Shown here: in pieces, positions 58,689 to 64,000 of the stretch
How the letters are laid out: the number at the start of each line of letters is the position of its first letter
Numbering within the stretch: position 1 is the first letter of the stretch
From: Nitrospira sp.
GTDB taxonomy: Bacteria > Nitrospirota > Nitrospiria > Nitrospirales > Nitrospiraceae
Direction of reading: 5' to 3'
Assembly (NCBI GenBank): GCA_047150005.1
Contig: AP038806.1
Coordinates: 512,001-576,000 of the forward strand
DNA: 64,000 bases
The notes under the pieces: generated by a model
Told to the model about the DNA's origin: nothing
Seen by the model: only the letters and a program-made list of their open reading frames with translations
Database searches by the model: none
Position numbers and translations under genes: made by a program

Positions 58689-59873
58689 CTACCGTTTCGT
58701 CAACCATTGCAGCGGATCGACCGGCTCGGCCCCTTCCCGCAGCTCGAAGTATAAAGTATTTTCCTTCGTCATGCCCGTGTCTCCGGTCTCGCCGATGGCC
58801 TGATTCGCCGTCACCTGCGCGCCCACCGTCGTCAGGATTTTCGAAGCATGCGCATACAGCGAAAAGAATCCATTGGCATGATCCAGGATTATAACGAGTC
58901 CGTAGCCTTTCAACCAGTCCGCATAGACGACCGCCCCCGGCATGACGGCGTGGATGAGACTTCCCTCGGTCGCGCGGATCTCGATCCCCTTCCGCTGGAC
59001 GTAGGTGTTGAAGGTCGGGTGCTTCTGGCGCCCGAAGTAGGACATCACGCTGCCGTCCACCGGCCAGGGGAGCGTGCCTTTGACTCCGCGGTGCAGGGAG
59101 CCGGCCGCCGGCGGCCTGGCCAAGGCCGCGCGCCGCCGCTGCTCCAATTCGCGCAGCAGGCTGTCGATCCGCGCGGCCGACTTTTCCAGCTCCTGAAGCG
59201 CCCGTTCCGACGACTCCTTTTCCTGCGTAATCTTCGTGAGATAGAGCTTTTTCTCCTTCTTGACCGAACCCATTTCGTAGAGTTGCTTCTCGGTGCTCTG
59301 CTTGTAGGCTCGCATGCCGGCCCGGGCCGCCTCCCGCTGCCGCTCGGCCTCCTCCATGTTGTTGACGTCGGACTTGAAGGTTTCGAGCAGCGCATAGTCC
59401 CGTTCGGACACGGCCGACAGGTACTGGAGCCGGCGTTGAAAATCGCCGTACGAATCGGAGGCCAGCAGGGTCCTCCAGTAGCCGAACCGTCCTTCCATAT
59501 ATTGCACGCGCAGGCGTGCCAGGATGGCGTCCCGCCGCTGGCGAATGCTTCCCTGCAACCCGGCAATCTGTTGATTGATGCTTTCGATCTCCTGGTCCTT
59601 CTTGCGGATCTTCCGGCTGACGTCCTGGTTCGCATGTCGCACCCGCACGAGCCGTTCATCGAGGGTCTGCAGGCCCTGCAGCAGCGAGTCGCGCTTCTTA
59701 CCCGCCTCATCCGCCTGCTTCCGCTTCTCCTCGATCTGGTCCTTCAGCTGTTCGAGCATTTTGCGCTCTTTTTCGATCTTGTCGCTGATCGCGTCGGCCG
59801 AGACCAGGGACGGCATCCCCAGCGACAACACGAGGCAGCCAACAAGCCGGAACCCCGCCGTCCGGTTTCTCAT
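58689..59873 (-). CDS. envC: Murein hydrolase activator EnvC
   Basis: Signal peptide, long coiled coil, degenerate M23 domain (LPWPVDG, DHANG, LYFELR); follows ftsX. Confidence 0.9.
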   Translation of the reverse strand: MRNRTAGFRLVGCLVLSLGMPSLVSADAISDKIEKERKMLEQLKDQIEEKRKQADEAGKKRDSLLQGLQTLDERLVRVRHANQDVSRKIRKKDQEIESINQQIAGLQGSIRQRRDAILARLRVQYMEGRFGYWRTLLASDSYGDFQRRLQYLSAVSERDYALLETFKSDVNNMEEAERQREAARAGMRAYKQSTEKQLYEMGSVKKEKKLYLTKITQEKESSERALQELEKSAARIDSLLRELEQRRRAALARPPAAGSLHRGVKGTLPWPVDGSVMSYFGRQKHPTFNTYVQRKGIEIRATEGSLIHAVMPGAVVYADWLKGYGLVIILDHANGFFSLYAHASKILTTVGAQVTANQAIGETGDTGMTKENTLYFELREGAEPVDPLQWLTKR

Positions 59874-60769
59874 GCCTTGGCCTCGTCGAACCGTCGAAGC
59901 GAGACGAAGCTGCCGGCGCAACCAAGCGTCATCCCGACGGCCACCAGCGCCAAACACAGCGGGAGCGGGAAGAATGCCAGCAGATTGTCCAGCCCGCTGA
60001 GTTTCCCGGTCGTCCGCATCTCCTGTCGAAACAGCTCGTACAGGAATTTGAGCATGAGCAGCGAGATCGCGCTTCCCAGGCCGCCAAGCACGGCCCCTTC
60101 CAGCAGATAGGGAATGCGAATGAAGCCGGTGGTCGCGCCGATCAGCCGGAGAATGGCGATTTCATCCCGCCGCGCCAGCAAGGTCAACCGGATGGTGTTG
60201 GCAATGATCGTCACCGCCGCCGCGGAGAGGATGACCCCGATGCCGATAGCGACGAGCTCGATGGACCGGATCACCATGGCCAGCGCATCGATCCACTCCT
60301 GGTTGTAATCCACCTTGGCGACGCCGGTCATCCCTTGCACGCGCGCCGACCAGCGCTTCACGGCATCCAGCGATCGAAAGGCAGGCCCGAGCGTCACGAC
60401 GAAGGACGCCGGAAGCGGATTCTGCCCCAGGCCTTCCAGCAGATGGGACTCCGCCGGAAACTGATCCTTGAATTCCCCGAGAGCCTGCTCCTTTGAGACG
60501 AAATGGATCGCCGCCACGGCATGGTCGCCGCGCAACTGCTGCTCAAGCTCGGCCTGTGCGTCGGCTGTGAGCTGATCCCCGAGGTAGACCATGATCTTGA
60601 TGTCTTCCTGGAGCCAGCCGGCCGCCGCGCGCAGGTTCACGTAGAGGAGCAGAAATACTCCGACGCAGGCCAGGGTGAAGGCGGTGGTGAGGATCGCCAC
60701 CATGGTCGTGGTGCGGTTGGTCCGCAAGTTGACCCAGGCTTCCCGCAGGAGATAGTACAGCGTTCTCAT
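59870..60769 (-). CDS. ftsX: Cell division permease FtsX
   Basis: FVSKEQAL, NPLPASF, IANTIRL..ARRDEI..LRLIGAT..FIRIPYLLEG. Confidence 0.94.
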   Translation of the reverse strand: MRTLYYLLREAWVNLRTNRTTTMVAILTTAFTLACVGVFLLLYVNLRAAAGWLQEDIKIMVYLGDQLTADAQAELEQQLRGDHAVAAIHFVSKEQALGEFKDQFPAESHLLEGLGQNPLPASFVVTLGPAFRSLDAVKRWSARVQGMTGVAKVDYNQEWIDALAMVIRSIELVAIGIGVILSAAAVTIIANTIRLTLLARRDEIAILRLIGATTGFIRIPYLLEGAVLGGLGSAISLLMLKFLYELFRQEMRTTGKLSGLDNLLAFFPLPLCLALVAVGMTLGCAGSFVSLRRFDEAKA

Positions 60770-61434
60770 GCCGGCACCCACTGTTCCGGCGCGAGCGTTC
60801 CGTGGGACAGGGTGATCACCCGCCGGTTGACCTGCGCCATGACCTGAGGGTCGTGGGTCGCGACTACCACGGTAGTGCCGCGCGCGTTGATCAGCTTGAA
60901 GAGCTCGATGATCTCGGCCGTGAGGCCCGGGTCGAGATTGCCGGTCGGCTCGTCCGCCAGGAGCACCACCGGACCGTTGACGATGGCTCGGGCAATGCAG
61001 ACGCGCTGCTGCTCTCCGGTGGACAAGACCACCGGCAACTGATCCCGTTTGTGCTCGACCCCGACGGCGCGCAACGCTTCGGTGACCTTGCGCCGGATGT
61101 CCTGTCCTGAGACGCCCTGTACCAGCAGCGGAAGGGCGACGTTGTCGAACACCGTCTTCTTCGCCAGCAGACGGAAATCCTGGAACACGGTACCCACCTT
61201 GCGCCGCAGGTAGGGAATGTCCCTCTGCTTCAGGGCGGTCACGTTCTTGCCGTACACGAAGACCTGCCCATCGTCCGGCCGTTCGGCCCCGATCAGCATC
61301 CGGAGCAGGGTGGATTTCCCGGCGCCGCTCGCCCCCATCAGCAGCACGAATTCGCCTTTCTCGATTTCCAGGGTGACGTTCGACAGGGCCGGCCGCCGGT
61401 CGTACTGCTTGGAGACGCGGATCAGTTCGATCAT
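60766..61434 (-). CDS. ftsE: Cell division ATP-binding protein FtsE
   Basis: GASGAGKS, IPYLRR, VFQDFRLL, GEQQRV, ADEPTGNLDP. Confidence 0.95.
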   Translation of the reverse strand: MIELIRVSKQYDRRPALSNVTLEIEKGEFVLLMGASGAGKSTLLRMLIGAERPDDGQVFVYGKNVTALKQRDIPYLRRKVGTVFQDFRLLAKKTVFDNVALPLLVQGVSGQDIRRKVTEALRAVGVEHKRDQLPVVLSTGEQQRVCIARAIVNGPVVLLADEPTGNLDPGLTAEIIELFKLINARGTTVVVATHDPQVMAQVNRRVITLSHGTLAPEQWVPA

Positions 61435-61439
61435 GGAGG

Positions 61440-61832
61440 CTACCAGCGGAGATCGTCGCCCGGGACTTCGAAAGCGTTGCAGATATGCTCGATTCGGGCC
61501 GGTCCGGCCCCCGTCTCCTGCAGCAGCACGACGTCGAATCGGCAGGACCGGCGGCTCCAATGGTGCCGCGCGAGAAATTGCGCGGCAAGGCGGATCAGTT
61601 TCTGCTGCTTCCGTTCGTGCACGGCATAGACGGCTCCGCCGAACTCCTCGGTCCGGCGCGCCTTGACCTCCACGAATACCAGTGTCGGTCCGTCTTCGGC
61701 GACCAAATCCAGCTCACCCGCAGAAGAGCGCAGATTTCTCGCGATGATCCGATAGCCTTTGCGGATCAACAACGCCTCCGCCGCCGCTTCTCCTTCTTGC
61801 CCAAAGAGCCGTCTGGGGTCAAGGATTCTCAC
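61440..61832 (-). CDS. yraN: YraN/UPF0102 family protein
   Basis: GQEGE, GELDLVA, VFVEVKAR, CRFDVV. Confidence 0.9.
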   Translation of the reverse strand: MRILDPRRLFGQEGEAAAEALLIRKGYRIIARNLRSSAGELDLVAEDGPTLVFVEVKARRTEEFGGAVYAVHERKQQKLIRLAAQFLARHHWSRRSCRFDVVLLQETGAGPARIEHICNAFEVPGDDLRW

Positions 61833-62493
61833 TGAACCCCTCATCCATATCCATGAAGGACATATCGACGTGCCGGACCGGCGACGGAGACAGGACTTGC
61901 GCGACCGGCGCGAAGGTGCGCCGATGGATCGCCGACGGTCCGTGCTCGGCCAGGCGCTGCCGGTGTTCTTCCGTTCCATAGCCCTTGTGGGACAGGAAAT
62001 TATACTGCGGATAGAGGGCATGATACTCCGCCATGAGTCGGTCGCGTGTCACTTTGGCGACGATGGAGGCGGCGGCGATGGAGACGGACAGCGCATCGCC
62101 CTTGATGATGGACCGAACCGGCAGCGTCGACCCCGGCAGGCTGACGGCGTCGACGAGCAGGCAATCCGGCACGGGCGAGACGGCCGCGACGGCGCGGTAC
62201 ATCGCCAGGCGCGTGGCCTCCAGGATATTCACGCGGTCGATCTCCTCATGAGAGGCCGAACCGATGCCGATGGCGACGGCCCGCTGCGTGATGAGGATGA
62301 AGAGGTGGTTGCGCTCGGTTTCGGTCAGTTGCTTGGAGTCGTCGACCCCGACCAAGCGGCACCGGCTCGGCAGGATGACCGCGGCGGCGACGACGGGGCC
62401 GGCGAGCGGCCCCCGTCCCGCTTCATCGAGACCGGCGATCCGGCGGTAGCCGCATCGCCTGGCCTCCAATTCAAATTCTTCGGTAGGGCCCAC
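61819..62493 (-). CDS. rnhB: Ribonuclease HII
   Basis: GLDEAGRGPLAGPV, DSKQL, KGDA, AAASIVAKVTRD, HKGYGT. Confidence 0.96.
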   Translation of the reverse strand: MGPTEEFELEARRCGYRRIAGLDEAGRGPLAGPVVAAAVILPSRCRLVGVDDSKQLTETERNHLFILITQRAVAIGIGSASHEEIDRVNILEATRLAMYRAVAAVSPVPDCLLVDAVSLPGSTLPVRSIIKGDALSVSIAAASIVAKVTRDRLMAEYHALYPQYNFLSHKGYGTEEHRQRLAEHGPSAIHRRTFAPVAQVLSPSPVRHVDMSFMDMDEGFSENP

Positions 62494-62559
62494 GAAGTCG
62501 CCTTCACCTGGAGGTCGTCGCGGCAACCGGTCCTCGTGGTCGAGAGAAAACGGAATCGA

Positions 62560-62991
62560 TCAGACGTGTGCGGGAGACTGGGATTCGACGCCGGCCTCCG
62601 CCGATTCCTCCGCGCGCGCAGCCTGGGCCTGGGCTTTGCCGTCGCCCACAAACTCCCGATCTTCCACGCGGGAGAACTTGCCCTTCTTCCCCCGGAGATA
62701 ATAGAGCTTGGCCCGCCTGACTTTCCCCTGGCGCACGACGTCGATCTTGGTTACGATCGGCGAATGCAGCGGGAAGATGCGCTCGACGCCCACGCCGTAG
62801 GAGATCTTGCGCACGGTGAACATTTCCGTGTTCAGCGTCCCCTTGCGGGCAATGACCGCACCTTCATACACCTGAATGCGTTCCTTCTCGCCTTCAATGA
62901 CCTTCACGTGCACACGCACCGTGTCCCCGATCTCAAAATGGGGCACCGATTTCTTCGTGAGCGACCGTTGGATTCGTTCCAGCTGATTCAT
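62560..62991 (-). CDS. rplS: 50S ribosomal protein L19
   Basis: [29 protein letters not shown]. Confidence 0.98.
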   Translation of the reverse strand: MNQLERIQRSLTKKSVPHFEIGDTVRVHVKVIEGEKERIQVYEGAVIARKGTLNTEMFTVRKISYGVGVERIFPLHSPIVTKIDVVRQGKVRRAKLYYLRGKKGKFSRVEDREFVGDGKAQAQAARAEESAEAGVESQSPAHV

Positions 62992-62994
62992 GGC

Positions 62995-63777
62995 TCAACC
63001 CTCCTCCCCGCATCGAACCGGCATGGCCGGCGTGCCTTCGCGAATGATGTCGTCCAACAATTGTCGATCTTCCCGATTCAACACACGATCCCTCAACAGA
63101 TCCGGCCGCTGCCGATACGTCGTCCGCAACGCCTCCTTGCGCCGCCAGCGGCGGATCACCTCGTGATGGCCGGACAGGAGCACCTCCGGAACGGCCATGC
63201 CCCGCACTTCGACCGGCCTGGTGTAGTGCGGATACTCGAGCAGCGATTCGCTGAATGATTCTTCCACGTTCGACGCGGGATCGCCCAATACACCCGGCAC
63301 CAACCGCGCAGCCGCATCGATCAGCACCAGCGCCGCCAGTTCTCCACCCGTCAGCACGTAATCGCCCACCGAAACTTCCTCCGGCCGCAGCGCCATCTTG
63401 ACCCGTTCATCAACGCCTTCATAGTGGCCGCAGAGCATCACGAGCGGCCGCGGATCCTCGGCCAGGTTCTTTGCGTATTCCTGCGTGAACGGGCGGCCCT
63501 GCGGCGACGGAAACAGCAACCGGATCGACTCGCCCTTCCCCTGGTAGCCCGCCTGGATCTCTTCGACCGCGCGCAGGATCGGCTCGGCCTTCATGACCAT
63601 GCCGGCGCCGCCGCCGTACGGGACGTCGTCCGCAACCTTATGCTTGTCGAGCGTGTAGTCGCGCAGATTGTGGACCTGCACGGTCAACAGCCCCTTCTCC
63701 TGCGCCCGCTTCAGCATGCTGGCACCGACGACAGGGGCGATCATCTCCGGAAACAACGTGATGACGTCACAGCGCAT
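62995..63777 (-). CDS. trmD: tRNA (guanine-N1)-methyltransferase
   Basis: DDVPYGGGAGMVM, CGHYEGVDER, GDYVLTGGE, LEYPHYTRP. Confidence 0.98.
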   Translation of the reverse strand: MRCDVITLFPEMIAPVVGASMLKRAQEKGLLTVQVHNLRDYTLDKHKVADDVPYGGGAGMVMKAEPILRAVEEIQAGYQGKGESIRLLFPSPQGRPFTQEYAKNLAEDPRPLVMLCGHYEGVDERVKMALRPEEVSVGDYVLTGGELAALVLIDAAARLVPGVLGDPASNVEESFSESLLEYPHYTRPVEVRGMAVPEVLLSGHHEVIRRWRRKEALRTTYRQRPDLLRDRVLNREDRQLLDDIIREGTPAMPVRCGEEG

Positions 63778-64000
63778 CGCGGTCCTCGACCAGTTCCTTG
63801 ATCGACCGCACGGTCATGAGCCGGCCCGGTATGTCGACCGCGGCCACGAAATTCTTCACGGCGGGGATCAGGATCTCCCGATCTCCGTCGCGGACGACGA
63901 TGACGTGTTGTCCGGGTAGTTCCCACATCGCGTCGATCGTTCCCAGCACGCGCCCCCCTTCATCCTCGACCCGCATCCCGATGAGATCGCACTCGTAGAA
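63767..64000 (-). CDS. rimM: Ribosome maturation factor RimM, C-terminal part
   Basis: FYECDLIGMRVEDE..LG...EILIPAV..V..VD; directly upstream of trmD. Confidence 0.9.
   Translation of the reverse strand, partial: FYECDLIGMRVEDEGGRVLGTIDAMWELPGQHVIVVRDGDREILIPAVKNFVAAVDIPGRLMTVRSIKELVEDRDAL

Noticed and set aside
47700..63300. Long shadow ORFs such as 48774-49934, 53100-54803, 57198-58754 and 61759-63258
   Set aside because: They overlap conserved genes on the opposite strand or frame and have no recognisable domains.

Overview
High-GC chromosomal window from a diderm bacterium, most likely Nitrospira/Nitrospirota. This is an inference from a Pup-proteasome-type operon sitting next to lipid A genes and from a characteristic intergenic repeat. 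All family calls were made by eye from motifs; no database search was run. 1-23.7 kb is housekeeping: the LPS/lipid A and outer-membrane operon (bamA, skp x2, fabZ, lpxA, lpxI, GnnA-like oxidoreductase, lpxB, msbA, frameshifted DUF374, waaA, lpxK, waaF-gmhB fusion, waaC), then galU, lon, thiL, DUF2062, an HD hydrolase and hypothetical genes. 24.3-47.4 kb is a defence island. It holds a complete type I-G (I-U) CRISPR-Cas system (cas3, cas8g, cas7, csb2, cas4/1, cas2, 51 repeats and 50 spacers), eight toxin-antitoxin (TA) modules (two decayed) and an IS30 element inserted in a REP palindrome. One MenAT1-like TA pair lies inside the cas operon, and five TA modules are each preceded by the same mismatched hairpin element. 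47.4-64 kb is housekeeping again: M23 peptidase, pafA, prcA, prcB, dop, arc (no pup seen), thiE, thiG, thiS, ctpA, envC, ftsX, ftsE, yraN, rnhB, rplS, trmD, rimM. The best novelty candidates are the hairpin-delimited TA cassette array, the TA pair embedded in the cas operon with a boxA-like site behind it, and the IS30 transposase that takes its stop codon from the REP target.
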